Below, one piece after another: positions 14,413 to 27,501 of a stretch of 64,000 nt of DNA (position 1 is its first letter; each line of letters starts with the position of its first letter). A program made the position numbers and the translations under genes. Source of the stretch: Syncephalis fuscata S228 (taxonomy: Eukaryota; Fungi; Zoopagomycota). The stretch lies in NCBI GenBank assembly GCA_025786725.1, contig JAHLTZ010000012.1:248001-312000 (forward strand), given 5' to 3'. Below the pieces are notes generated by a model. The model searched no databases and had not been told where the DNA came from. It worked only from the letters and a program-made list of their open reading frames with translations.

Positions 14413-14672
14413 AGCGCACAATTGCAGTAGCAATTATTTAAAATAACAAATCCAGGGGCAAATACTAGCTTGTCCACTGTAATAGGTACAAGAATAGAAA
14501 GGTTAAACTGTTTAACAGTTATAATGACGGTAGTGTTTACGTGGTAAATAAAAGAATCGAGTTAGAATAGCGTAACTAAAGTTAATAGAAGGAGAAAAAT
14601 GGCATGTGAATCAAAACATAAATATTTTAATTCATCGTTATTTATTATGTCCTACCAAAAATACGATGGCAT

Positions 14673-16172
14673 TTACTCGGCATTAAATGCCGGTGGCGCA
14701 TCGGTCGCCTCATTCATTACTTCGTCTTCGTGGCTGCTTGCCCTGTCGCCATTCTCGGCCGACCGGTGCTCGCTACGGCTATGATTGCTAGGCGAGCGAG
14801 AGCCACGACGTGGGGAAGGAGAGCGCGAGTCACGACGGCGTGTTGCTATCGGTGAACGAGATCGAGAGCGGGAATGGCGCCGGGGGGATGGCGAGCGGCT
14901 ACGTACAGGTGAGCGAGAGTAGCGACGGACGGGTGAACGAGAGTGGCGGCGAACGGGTGAACGGGAATAGCGGCGAACGGGCGAACGCGAGTAGCGACGC
15001 ACAGGTGATCTAGAACTACTACGGCCACGACCGCCATAACCTCTACCACGATCATCATCGCGGCGACGGCCATAACGTCGAGGGGACCGAGATCGGGATC
15101 GGGAATAATAGCGGCCACGCGAACGTGAACGTGAACGTGAGCGGGACCGACTCCTAGTGACAAATAAATTATTATTGTTAATTAATTATTAATTAGATTA
15201 CTCATCCGACCCCATAATTATAATAGCCGTTTATAATTAATAATATTTACCTGTAACGACGACGTGGTGAACGCCCACCGCCTCGTCGACTCGATCGTCC
15301 TTCGCGGTCACGCATTTCGTGCGGCGCTATTAATAACACATAACGTCAAGACCGATAATCTACTAACCATATGCCAGCTATTGCCATTGCAACTTACTTT
15401 TACGAGCACCTTTGGCCCATTCAACTGTCAATGTGCGGCCATTCAAATCAAAATTCTCCATCTTATCATAGGCAGCATTCGCATCGCGTTCCTCGTGAAA
15501 TCTAAATAAATAACAACATCCAGGCTAAGGACATTAAATGCTAATACTAAACACACAACAGCATATTTGCTTATCGTTCAACAATAAACTCTAATTGTTC
15601 TATTCACTTCCCCTCCCATCTCTCCACTTAATGCATGCTACTACATCGCAATATATCAACTATTGCGTAAAAGGCAGCATACAACCCAAGTGAGGATACA
15701 CAGTGCCTTGGCGATCCCACTTGTTTTGTAGCCTGCACTGAGCTTGTTATACCGCGCTGATACTTGTCAACCACCATTAACGCAGCGCTTGCCCATCGCT
15801 TTATGCTGTTAGTCTTTAACGCACTCTCGCACTACTTGAAGGATACTGGATATAGGCGAATCCGCGAATTTCTTTTGAGTAGTAATCTTTGGGCAAATAC
15901 ACTATAGAATAAAGATAGATAGAAGTAGAAATATACAAAGAAAGTGCAGCGTGAATTACGCAGTGTTAGACTGACTAGCACTATAATAGCGTAGTGTATA
16001 TACCGCGTACCATCCTTGATCTTTCCATGTTTCTCAAAGGCTTTCTCCAGATCCTCGGCTCTATTACAGCAGGTAAATCATCGGCTGTGTTGTCTGTACC
16101 GCGCTATTTACCTAGTAGATTTGTCGAGATTGCCTACATAAATAGAGGGACATTGCCCTCTCCGCGCGGCAT
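14673..16172 (-). CDS. SR splicing factor, single RRM plus RS domain (SRSF10/SRSF12/SCL-like)
   Basis: Spliced RRM SIYVGNLDKSTRAEDLEKAFEKHGKIKDVYLPKDYYSKEIRGFAYIQFHEERDA..VEWAKGARK, followed by RS/RSP repeats. ATG 16172 needs a 1-nt correction to be in frame. Confidence 0.9.
14906..15001 (-). repeat. Coding 24-nt tandem repeat, (RR[Y/H]SRSPV)x4
   Basis: Seen in the translation of ORF 14673..15002. Confidence 0.85.
15502..15846 (-). other. Putative U12-type (minor spliceosome) GT-AG intron, 345 nt
   Basis: 5'ss GTATCCTTC; branch-like TCCTTAGC at 15531-15524, ~22 nt from the AG; phase 2 within the Q codon of RGFAYIQ|F. Confidence 0.8.
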
Positions 16173-16629
16173 CTTGTGTCCGTGATTCTCCAGTAAGATG
16201 TAAACGCGTCAAACACCTATTGTAGCCGTGTCTACACTTGTGGGGAAACCGATAAAACAGCACAAAGGATAAACAAAAGTCTAAGCCACTGTGGACAGAT
16301 GCAGCACGTAGAAAGAAAAAAGTAAAACTGATTAATTTAGGGTGTACTTGATGTTAATAACCTCTACAAATCAACTAAATGGCCATTTGTCAGCGGTCGC
16401 AAGTTTAAAAGCACCACGTCTAAAACTGCGTTATTTCTTTGCTTCACTACGTCACTACTGCCTAGTTTGTTGTTTAAGTCGTTCTTTCCTCTGCTTCCTA
16501 TCACTAGCACTGCTGCATATCAGTCTATTGCCGGCACCATAACCAAGTGACTACCACAACGAGCCATAACTATCGATTTTTTCTATATATCGTTTAGACC
16601 TTGGTCGATTAAAGGATAAAAACGTAGGC

Positions 16630-18517
16630 ATGGTGTTGTTATATTCGCGTTATTCCGCTGGGGTGTTACTAGGCCATGGTGCAAAGTACCAGCGTGCCAC
16701 TTCTTCCTTTTCTTCAATACGTTCCTTGCTAACCACGCGTTTTATATATTGTGTCAGTAGTAAACGTGCCATAAACACGACGATATCTACGCGTTTAACA
16801 AGCAACAGCGATAGCAACACAAGTATCATGTCAGCATCAACTGATAACCAACCAAAGATCCTTAAGTGGGCCTCCAAGGATGGCGAATTCCGTCGACAGC
16901 AATCCAGCTTCCGTGATTTCGTATCAAAGGACCCAAATGCAAAATTTGTAGCCGAAAAGTAAGCTATTTAGTGTTAGAGAATAAGCTAAACTACTTACTA
17001 CTACCATTGAAATGATTATTTATTACAATAGAGATCGCTATCATCTTTATGTGAGCTATGCTTGTCCATGGGCCCATCGTACACTTATTGTACGAGCTCT
17101 AAAGAACTTGGACTCAATCATTAGTGTATCAGTAGTTGATGTAAGTAATAAATACCTATAAATACCTATAAACGACTATAGATAACAGTAATTAATCTAT
17201 TTATTTGCTTATCTATTCTATGTTAGTATCTATTGCAAGATAAAGGCTGGAAGTTTACTGATCCATCCGAGACACCAGGTGCCACGTTAGATCCTATCAA
17301 TAACGCACAATATCTGCGTGAAATCTACTTTAAAGCCAATCCTGAATACTGCGGTATGTTGTATTATAAAACTGATGTTACTTAACTAATAATTGATACA
17401 TATATGTGTGTGTGTGTGTGTGTGTATATAATAGATCGCTTTACTGTACCAGTACTATGGGACAAAAAAACAGAAACCATTGGTAGGTTGTAGCATAGTT
17501 AGCAAATATAATTATCCAATTAACAATATACATTGTTTTAATAGTTAGCAATGAAAGCTCCGAAATTATTCGCATGTTAAATACTGAATTTAACGAACTT
17601 GTTTCGGAAAAGTGTGAGGTTGATCTTTATCCAAAGGAACTGCAATCACAAATCGATGAGATGAATACGTGGATCTATGATACTGGTAATTAGATCATTG
17701 TAGTCTTAATTCAACTAACAACCTATCATATCTTTAGTTAATAATGGTGTATACAAGGTTAGCCATTAATAATATTAAGCACTATTAATACAAACGCAAT
17801 ACTAATACCAATACTATTTACTGTTACTAATAGTGTGGATTTGCTACTACCCAAGAAGCTTGTACGTATATAATAGCATTATATATTCCTATTACTATTC
17901 TATTCATATCTAACTATATATTTATATTAGATGAAAATAATTGTGGACCATTATTCAAGTCACTCGATAGAATTGAAGACATTTTATCCAAAAATAAATT
18001 TTTATTGGGCACTCAACTGACCGAGGCTGATGTTCGTCTTTGGACTACTATTATTCGGTAGGATATAATAGACTAGATGATTGTTTGTTACTGACCTATT
18101 TATTGCTATGTTCACTATTTAGATTTGACCCCGTCTATCATGGTCATTTCAAGTGTAATGTAAAGTCAATTGAAAAGGACTATCCACACACTCTTCGTTG
18201 GGCCCGTCTAATCTATCAATTACCTAAAGGTAAGCTAACTAGTCACTTATTTATTAATACGTCCATTAATATTTCCACAACGCATATTAATACACCCCAT
18301 GTTTTGTATAGTGGCCGAGACTGTGAATATGACGCATATCAAACGCCATTATTATATGAGCCATCTCCAGATCAATCCTACCGGCGTGGTACCACTCGGC
18401 AATGGCCCAGGTAAGTGAAATAGTGCCACATGAATAGACACGTTGAACTAACACGATATCAACACGGCACGGGTTTGTGTTATGTTACAAGATCTATCGG
18501 CACCTATCGGCAACTAA
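16630..18517 (+). CDS. ECM4: Omega-like glutathione transferase / glutathionyl-hydroquinone reductase (Ecm4/YqjG family)
   Basis: [12 protein letters not shown]; [18 protein letters not shown]; [10 protein letters not shown]; [16 protein letters not shown]; [13 protein letters not shown]; [25 protein letters not shown]; second in-frame ATG at 16828. Confidence 0.92.
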
Positions 18518-19359
18518 TAAAGTTTTCGTAGTCGGAAGTATAAACCCGCTACTACCGATCCACACCTTAGCCACGTGGTTATTAAATAGTGCAATAATAA
18601 ACCATCATTACACTAATAGACATGACTATTGGCGATTAATATTGCTACATTACTATTTTGACCACATTATATCGCCGATATTATAATGGCTTAGCTGGCT
18701 TTTGAGTACTAGTGATCCGTTGTTATGCTTATTATTCCAATACAATAGAACTGCCAAACGTTCTAACATGTGTATCAGAAAGTGTTATGCTTTCTATTTT
18801 TTATTCATTTAAAAGCTTTTATCAGAATATGTAGTACAATGGATTTTATTTTTCACAATAAGCTATATATCGGACATAATGGCACCGTTAATATCGGATC
18901 GGTTACTATCGGGTAAACAACAGCTACATCCGTGCACATAATTTATTTGATAAGCGCCCAGGAAAGAAGGGAAAAAAGTCGCGGTGTTTTGAGTTACCGA
19001 GTAAAATGGTGAAAAAAAAGAAGGAAGGAAAAGGCCTAGACCACAATGATGAACAGTAACAAATGTCATACTCCATTACTATTACTGTCCCTATGGTTAT
19101 TTACTATCAATATCCATTTACCTGTAACCAGTCAAACACACCCACGTGCCAATGCCTCTACTCAATTATTGTAACGCAATATCATCACAGACCAATAGTC
19201 GTTAAGTGTTTCTCTTTTGATATTCATCATAAATACCCCAGACTAAATTGAACTTCCGCAGTTGAATTATTCACTTCTCTAGCAACTACTGCTCCTTCCG
19301 TTATTGTTACTACTGTTCTACAGTACACCTACATATTCATTGGCTTGCTTACCTACATC

Positions 19360-21594
19360 ATGACACTCCAAGCTCCATTCAGTGTTCCGGTTATTGATCC
19401 TGTATTGTCAAATGAAGGACCAGTCCATCGTTCGGTTGCGCAACCTTACTCGCTTATTGAGCGTCCCAATAACGATGTACACACGCTTTTCGACCTTATG
19501 AATTATGCCGCTCGTACGCACAGCGACATAAAAACATTTGGTACGCGTCCGGTGATTGCCGAGATTGAAGAAGAGAAGGAAATCGAGCGCAATGGCAAAA
19601 AAGAGATCAAAAAGTGGAAGTATACGCAGTTGGGCGCCTTTGAATGGCAAAACTATGGTCAAGTAGCCGCACGTTCTCGTCATATTGGTGCTGGTCTGCG
19701 TGCAAAGTGCCAGATTCAAAAGGACGATCGTGTACTGATCTTTAACTCCACCAGGTAAGTAGTGTGAATATGCGTAATAGCAAGCTATATTCCTAATAAC
19801 TTATATAATATTGTGTATTTATTGCGTTTATTATAGTGCTGACTGGGTTATCTTTGCTCATGGTAAGTGAATAAAGCATGGCAATTCAGGTTGCTATATG
19901 TTTTATAGAACTGTTTGTTAATTGCTGCTATTTGTTTATCTATAGGTTGTTTCTCTCAATCGGCCACCATTGCCACGGCCTATGACACGCTTGGTGTTGA
20001 AGGCTTGTTACATGCGCTTAATGAAACGGAAAGTCAAATCTTATTTGCACATGCCACTCTTTTGCCTGTAGTGGCAAATTGGGCGATCGTGTCCCTGCAC
20101 TACGCTATATTATCTACAATGGCGATAAGAGTGACAATTTGCCTAATATTTCTAATGTTGAAGTGCTACACTTTTCAGAGCTTGAGGAGGCAGGCAAGGC
20201 TGCCGAGGCCGACTATCCACCAGTGCCACCCACTTCTGACAGCACTGCTTGTATTATGTACACGAGCGGTTCAACCGGTAATCCAAAGGGTGTCATGTTG
20301 ACACACGGCAATCTTATTGCAGCTGGTAAGTTATTCAGCAATGTGTTGACTAAATAGTGTAATATTAACTTGTATTATTAGTTGGTGGCACGGCCACATT
20401 ATTACAAAATTACATCGATGGCACTGATGTCATTCTAGCGTATTTACCGCTTGCTCACGTACTAGAGTTTGTTGTTGAGCACATCTGTATATTTTGGGGT
20501 GTTCAGATTGGCTATGGTTCGCCACGTACGCTTACCGACACTAGTGTCCGCAACTGCCGTGGTGATTTGTGCGAGCTTAGTCCTACAATTATGACGGGTG
20601 TACCAGCGGTCTGGGACACCATCCGTAAAGCAGTACTAAGCAAGCTACAATCGGCTAGTAAAATAGTCCAGAATATATTCTATGCGGCATTCCAGCTTAA
20701 ATGGACGTTGATGCAAGCCGGTCTACCCACCGGATTCCTTGACCCAGTGTTCCGCCAGATTCGTGAACAAACTGGCGGTCGTCTACGCTATGCACTTAGC
20801 GGTGGTGCTGCTATTAGTGCTGCCTCACAGCAGTTCCTCAGTGTAACCATCTGTCCAATCTTGCAAGGCTACGGTATGACTGAAAGCTGCGGTATGTGTT
20901 CTATTCTGTCGCCGGAAATGTTCCAGCTTAAGGCTAGTGGCGCACCGGTGCCTTGTGTTGAAGTGAAGCTTGTCGATGTACCTGAAGCCGGCTACTACGC
21001 AAAGGCCGATGTACCTCAAGGTGAAATTTGGGTACGTGGACCAGCTGTCGTGCAAGGCTACTACAAGAACCCAGAAGTTACCGCGGAAGCCTTTACAAAG
21101 GACGGCTGGCTTATGACCGGCGATGTTGGCCAGTGGAATAGCGATGGTACTTTATCGATCATTGATCGTAAGAAGAATCTGGTTAAGCTTTCTCATGGCG
21201 AATACATTGCTCTTGAAAAGATTGAAAGTACCTACAAGACAGCACATATCGTGGCCAATATTTGTGTGTATGCCGATAGCTCGCGCAGCCGTGCCGTAGC
21301 TCTTGTTCACCCACCAGAAAAAGAAATCTTGCGTATTGGTGGCGAACTTGGTCTATCCGGTAACTTGGGCGAGCTTTGCGATCAACGTGCCGTACGTGAT
21401 CGTGCTCTGCAAGAGATTCTGACCGAAGCCAAGACCCAAGGGCTGCGTGGCGCCGAACTTATTGGCGATGTATACCTATGCGAGGAAGAATGGACGGCTC
21501 AGAACGGCCTTTTGACTGCTGCCCAGAAATTGAAGCGTACCATATCTACCGCCAGTTTAAGAATGACATCGATGAAATGTACGCTAATGAATAG
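19360..21594 (+). CDS. Long-chain fatty acyl-CoA synthetase (FAA/ACSL3-4-like)
   Basis: [20 protein letters not shown]; [10 protein letters not shown]; QGYGMTE; TGDVG; [21 protein letters not shown]; LTAAQKLKR; frameshifts near 20078 and 21540. Confidence 0.95.
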
Positions 21595-23012
21595 ACCGCT
21601 TATTTTATTATATACACATACTTGTGTATTTTGCTGCAGATGATGGATCTGTAGCAATTGAGTTTGTAGTAGTTGCCATTACAATTTTTTAGAATTAATG
21701 GCAGGATGTGACTTACTCAGTATTAATAATGGCTGTATTTGCTATTATGACTGTAGTAATTTATTCATCTCTATCCATTACTTCCTCATGCTTTCTGTTG
21801 ATATGATTAATAAACTTTTTTGTTTACTAACTAGCTAGTTTGTTCATTTAAATATATCGATTATTATTAAATAATTTGTATGTGTTTAATTAATATTAAT
21901 AATAATAATAGTTGGTCATTAAAAATGTTATTGCTTTAGTTAAATGTTATATAATTATTGATTTTTATTTCTAGCATTATTTGCAATGCTATTCTTTTAG
22001 CGAAATATTATGGCATTTAATAAAACTAAAAACGTACTTTGCTACAACTTGAATGTCAACCAGCATAGTTACATGGTGCCTGTGCGTGAACCATAATAGT
22101 AATGCCATATTTTAATAATAAAACTGACTGATCAAAATAGTATTTTTTTTATCCGATAAGCTTATAATAACAGCTATGACAGTATTCACGATTATTGGAT
22201 TGAAACGAAGCATAGTAAAACAACGCTACTATTCTAGAGAAGGGGTATGCAAGATTTACCTAGAAGTGAGTAGTGATTAATAATAATTTATTCTATTCTA
22301 CAGTTTTCTGAAGGGCAAACTGTATAATGGCCTAGTTCACTACTTGTTATATAGTGACTCCAATAATATTTTTAAAACTGCCTTAATCCAGTGTACTACA
22401 CAGAATTATTTGCTTTGAGAGCTATTTTAATGTCTGTGCATTGCATATTGTATTGATTATTGTACGATTAATAAAAGATAAAGCTAACAATGTAGCTTGA
22501 TCGGCCATATACGCTGTATATCAGACATATAATAGTTTTTAAAAATAGATATCGGCAATTTTGAATACCAAACATTGCATCACTTTGCAAACACCTGCCA
22601 TTCTGTAAACAGAAACACACCAAAACTTGTTTGTTTGATATAAACGTAATTATTCATGTGTGCACCAATAACAGCAACTTCCGTCAAGCATATAGCAATC
22701 TACAGATTTAGTAACAGTATTCAGCAAACATTGTTAGATAAAAGGTATAATGTTTAAGAAGATATTAAAATATATGGCTGACACGCGGCAGACAGGTCCC
22801 ACTACGGAGGCCATGGGCTCAAACAAAAAAATGTTTATTTGTCCTAGCGTTACAAAATATTTTTAGTGCTTTTATATAAATATTGATTAGTACTAGCCAT
22901 CTTTTAAAGGATAAACATAGCGCAACAATAGCACCACCACCACTACTGCTACTATTATATAAACACACGTTTATCTAGTTCTCTCCAGCATTTTATAGAC
23001 TCATTATACACA

Positions 23013-24262
23013 ATGACCTATCAATCTTTATCCGAAGAGAATAGTCGTTTTTCTACTTTTAAACATGTCGTACAAGGCGCCATTTCTACGTTGAATCCAG
23101 TGCGTAAATCCACTCATCTTCGATCTCGGTCTGCATCAAATTCTAATTGGTTTAAAGCAGTCAATGTGATGGAAGAAACGCCACGACGTGCCATTTCATT
23201 ACGTGAATCATTAGCTTCACTCAAAATAACTCGAGCACGGTCTGTTTCAATGCCATTGCCATTCACCGAATCAACACCACTTATCAATATTAAAAACCCC
23301 GTTTCTTCCATCCGTGGAGTGCTGCGCACCTCCATTGAAAATCACCGCCGGTCGGCTTCGGCTTCGGCTTCGATTTCTGAGGTAAAACGATCTACAGGAT
23401 CAATGCGCCGCACGCGTTCTTACAGTAAGCCTCGAACACCCATCCCAACACCTCCCCGACTAAGCGTTTCCGGCCCAATTGAGTGCAGTAGTACAGGCGG
23501 TTTAGTTGACCGGCGACGTACTAGCCGCAATGAGTGGCTACGTTCATCAGAAAATGAAAACCGTAAATCCATATTTTTCCAGCATGTTGAGGATGGTAAA
23601 AAATACTTTCTCCAAAGTCTCCAATACAACGTACTGGTACTATTATGATTCAGCGCAGCATTGAACGGCACCGACAAACAACATCATTATACGATCCACA
23701 AATCAAGACGGCCTCATTAGCTCGATCGGTATCGATATCAACTGTGTATGTTAATAAAGGCGCTCCACCAAGTATACCATACCGCTCATCGTCACCTATA
23801 AGCCGTCCTAGCAGTGCGCCGATGAGTGGCCGCCGTGTTTCAACACTTGCTCGTCTGTGCGCAGCCGGATTTGTTCTCTCAGCAAGCCATTCCGAATCAG
23901 AAGCAGAAATTTCTGAAGATAAGTCAAGCAATAGTTTCGATTTGATTGATTTTGAAACTGATCTAGGATCGACTTTTTTGTTTGAGGATAAAAAGCCAGT
24001 GCCAGCCATCCCGATACGCGTTTCCCTTAACAAATCAAAGTTAGTGCAATTAGCGGTAGCACAAACAATCAAATTGGGCGATTTGAAAATGCGCATTAGT
24101 GCAAAGTTTTAGCAATGCGAAATCATAGATATCATCAATGACTTTTCACTTATCTATACTGATTCCGAAGGCTGCGCCGTTCTAATCAACAATCAAAAGC
24201 TATTAAATACTATTATGGAGATAGCTGATGGCCCACTTAGCTTCCGTATTGTTTTACAATAA
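23013..24262 (+). pseudogene. Ser/Arg-rich protein with C-terminal PB1-like domain; paralogue of 27502-29884; disrupted
   Basis: Shares VDRR..SRNEWLRS, ARLCAAGFVLSASH, RVSLNKS and LIYTDSEGCAVL with the paralogue. Frameshift in the A6 run at ~23600 and in-frame TAG at 24110-24112, with homology continuing to TAA 24262. Confidence 0.6.
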
Positions 24263-26714
24263 TTCAGTATTATATACTTATTCAGTTCAATGAACGCGTC
24301 TATAAAAATTTTGCGACTTTTACTGCAAATAGCTTATACTAGCTGGCTAGTAACTACTCACAATATGTATAAACTTTTATTTATGTTATGAAATGTGTTT
24401 ATTCGATTATAGTCATTATTTATCAATAAAATTATAATTTAAAGTGTTTGCAGATTTTGAGTCTTAACCTGGTAATTTTTTGTATCACACATCCCACTAA
24501 TCACTAGTGATCAACTAATTTAATAACATTTGTAATTGAACTGGAAATATGTTCTATTGAACATGTCACTAGATACTAAGTAACATTAGAGGCCAAAAAC
24601 ATTGTTATTATAGCTTTATAGTAGATCGACATTTGGCGTCAGATGGCATTTTTTAATTACTTTTCTTAATACGCTCTATTATATTAATGAACATTATTAT
24701 AAAAAGTAATTTTTGGTGTTAAATGACTTATTGTTTTAATAAGTTTATTGTTCAACATCTTTGATATGTTTTATGATGTACTAACATGTTGGATCAATTA
24801 ACTTTTATTCTTTTAATACACTTGATAACATATATCCACTACATATACTTGTACACTCCATATATACTACATAGATAGTATCAATGGTTGATTGACTACT
24901 AGTATAATTATATATTCTATGCTATGTCTTTGCATTGTTCTTTGTAATCTGACCTTCATTACTCCAATAATTGATATTGGCATTGTTGTTAACATAACAA
25001 GTATATTTTTGGCTTTACTTTATCTGTTTAGAATATGCTGTAAATTTCTTTATATAATTTGTTGTTGCTATGGATTGTTATTACAAGTTGTGCTGGTAAC
25101 AGCAAGTGCAATCTCAATAGTAGTAGGTTATGCTGCTGTACAACACAATTATTAGCATAATGATTGTATTGAATAGCTTCAATGTTACTTCTCCATTGAT
25201 ACAATAGTATATACTAGTATGGATGTATAGTGGAATAGTAGTAATAAATAAAATATACACGTGTGTTGGATAATGAATCTACGATAATAATATTTTAATG
25301 GCTGATGTCATTCATCATCTAGTTTCATGTTTGCTAGAAAGAATGTTAGTTCAATAAATAAAATATAATTAAACATAGTCATATGTCCTTTAAATAACCA
25401 TAAGTAGCTAATAGATTGCTTAATATGAATGCTGCTATCATCCTGATATGATAAGCAATAAGTAAATAGTTGTTTGTTGTGGATATATGAATAGCTATGT
25501 AAATTGATATACTGCACTAGTAATGAACCAATATAAAGTTTGTTTATTATTGGCTATGTTTACTGCAAATAATAATCTTATTTAATAGCAATAAAAAAAC
25601 AATAACCTTGTCTCATTTTATTTTGGTTAGTGTCATACAGTTTATTATATTTGAACTGCGATAATTAATGACCAGTACATTATATTTTAAGCATTTAGAC
25701 AAATCTTAGTACACATTAAATACTAACATTATAGGATAATGCCAGGATAAAGTGTAGCCTGGCCATCTAGGTTGTGATTTTTTAATCAGAACTGTAATAA
25801 TGTGATAAAATGCAAGGAAATTTAAATTTAAATTAATAAAACTAATTCACTTAATAAAACATTGCTAAAATTATGTATAACTTTCGTATAATGAAGCAAA
25901 TTATCTGATATTTTGCACAAATATGCACATAGCATATAAGTGACTATTGGCAAAGTTACCGTTATGTATTGCATTATGGTGTAATAACTGCAATAATACG
26001 CTAATAATGTGCAAAACAGCAATTTTATGCTGTTTATGACTTATATAATTAAAATACAGCAAAATGATTGCTGGATTCAAGTTCTCCGTGCTTAGTTATA
26101 CATATTGGTATAATTTATAAACAATAATTTTTGCAAAAATGTTGGTCAAAAATGCGATTTACGTGTTATTAGTTAATGAAAAGATTATTAGACTTCATGA
26201 TTTTAGAAAAATTAATATTAAAAACTCGATTTGGATCAAGTAAATTTGAAGTTCTCTACAATATTATAACAATCATAACAGCAAGCTAGTATGAGGAAAT
26301 ACCGATGCAAATTGACAATCTATGTCATATACATATACATAAAAATAATATATTTTGCTGTGATCATAGCTACCAGAAATAATAACATTACATTTCTACA
26401 ATAAACATATATGTTTAAAACAACGAATAGTTCAATCTACAATGCTTATAAATGTTGTGTATCAATGGTAAGATTTTAAGCATTATAAACTCAACACAAT
26501 TATTCATTCTATTTATCATTTATTCTGTAGTAGCCAAGTACTATTCATGACTATTGCCCGTTTGTCTCTAGTTCAATTATCAATAGACTTTGATTAACTT
26601 TGTTTATTGAGCCATATATACAGATGAAACAAACAATATGAGTATGCATAAACTTGTTGCTTAATTATAAATGTGTATTTGGTTAATCATTCATAGCTAT
26701 TAATTGCTAAACTA

Positions 26715-26885
26715 AATTAAATTGTATAATAATGTTAAATGATAATCAGTATTTTGTATGATGATACAGTTTATTTAATTCAATTAACAATTATTAAAAT
26801 TAAAAGTTAAAATGAATTAAAACATAGCATGTATATATTAGTGCAATAATAATAGCACAATCAAATAGAATAATTAACTAAATAA
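26715..26885. repeat. Dispersed AT-rich ~170 bp repeat, direct copy at 41294-41463
   Basis: aattaaattgtataataatgttaaatgataa..aacatagcatgtatatattagtgcaa..caatcaaatagaa is shared by both loci. Confidence 0.9.
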
Positions 26886-26949
26886 TTATTGATATGGTTG
26901 CTAAAATAGCTAATGTGGTTGTAATTGTAGCAAATATAGCTTATTGTAA

Positions 26950-27070
26950 TATGTTAATATTCCATCAATCTTTCTATACATGGCCAACAACAATAATGAT
27001 CGACCTTAAATGTTTCAAAGAAACCAATAGTATGGTACATTATGTATTTAAATCAATTTGTTAATAGCAT
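26950..27070. repeat. Degenerate repeat, inverted copy at ~37378-37492
   Basis: aacaacaa..atgtttcaaagaaa..tacattat..tatttaaa.caattt matches the reverse complement of the 37.4 kb segment. Confidence 0.7.
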
Positions 27071-27501
27071 TTTAATAGGAAGCAATATAATTATGTTGCG
27101 CATAGCAGCATAATTTCAATTGAAATGAATTTTGCTTTGAGGGCTCAAATAGAGAAGTAAAAGTATAATTCAGCCAGTATCACCATTACTGCGCTGTAAT
27201 TATGGAATAGTTAGTAGCAATATACTTGTCATACTGTTCAACACTGCATTGTTTAATGCTTACATATAATAAAAATAAAGTCTTTTAAAATCATAATTTA
27301 TAACCAAAATCCAGTTTATTCATTGGCTATTATACTACAATATAAGGGCGCTGAAAATGGTATTTATTGTGATTTAACAAGATAAAATCAATGCGTAAAA
27401 GCGAAATTCTAATGGTTGCTTAGATTGTTCAGCAACTAAAAATGCAAAATAGTGCAATAAAGATAAAGGATGATAGACATAGTATATAAGCAGATCAGTG
27501 A

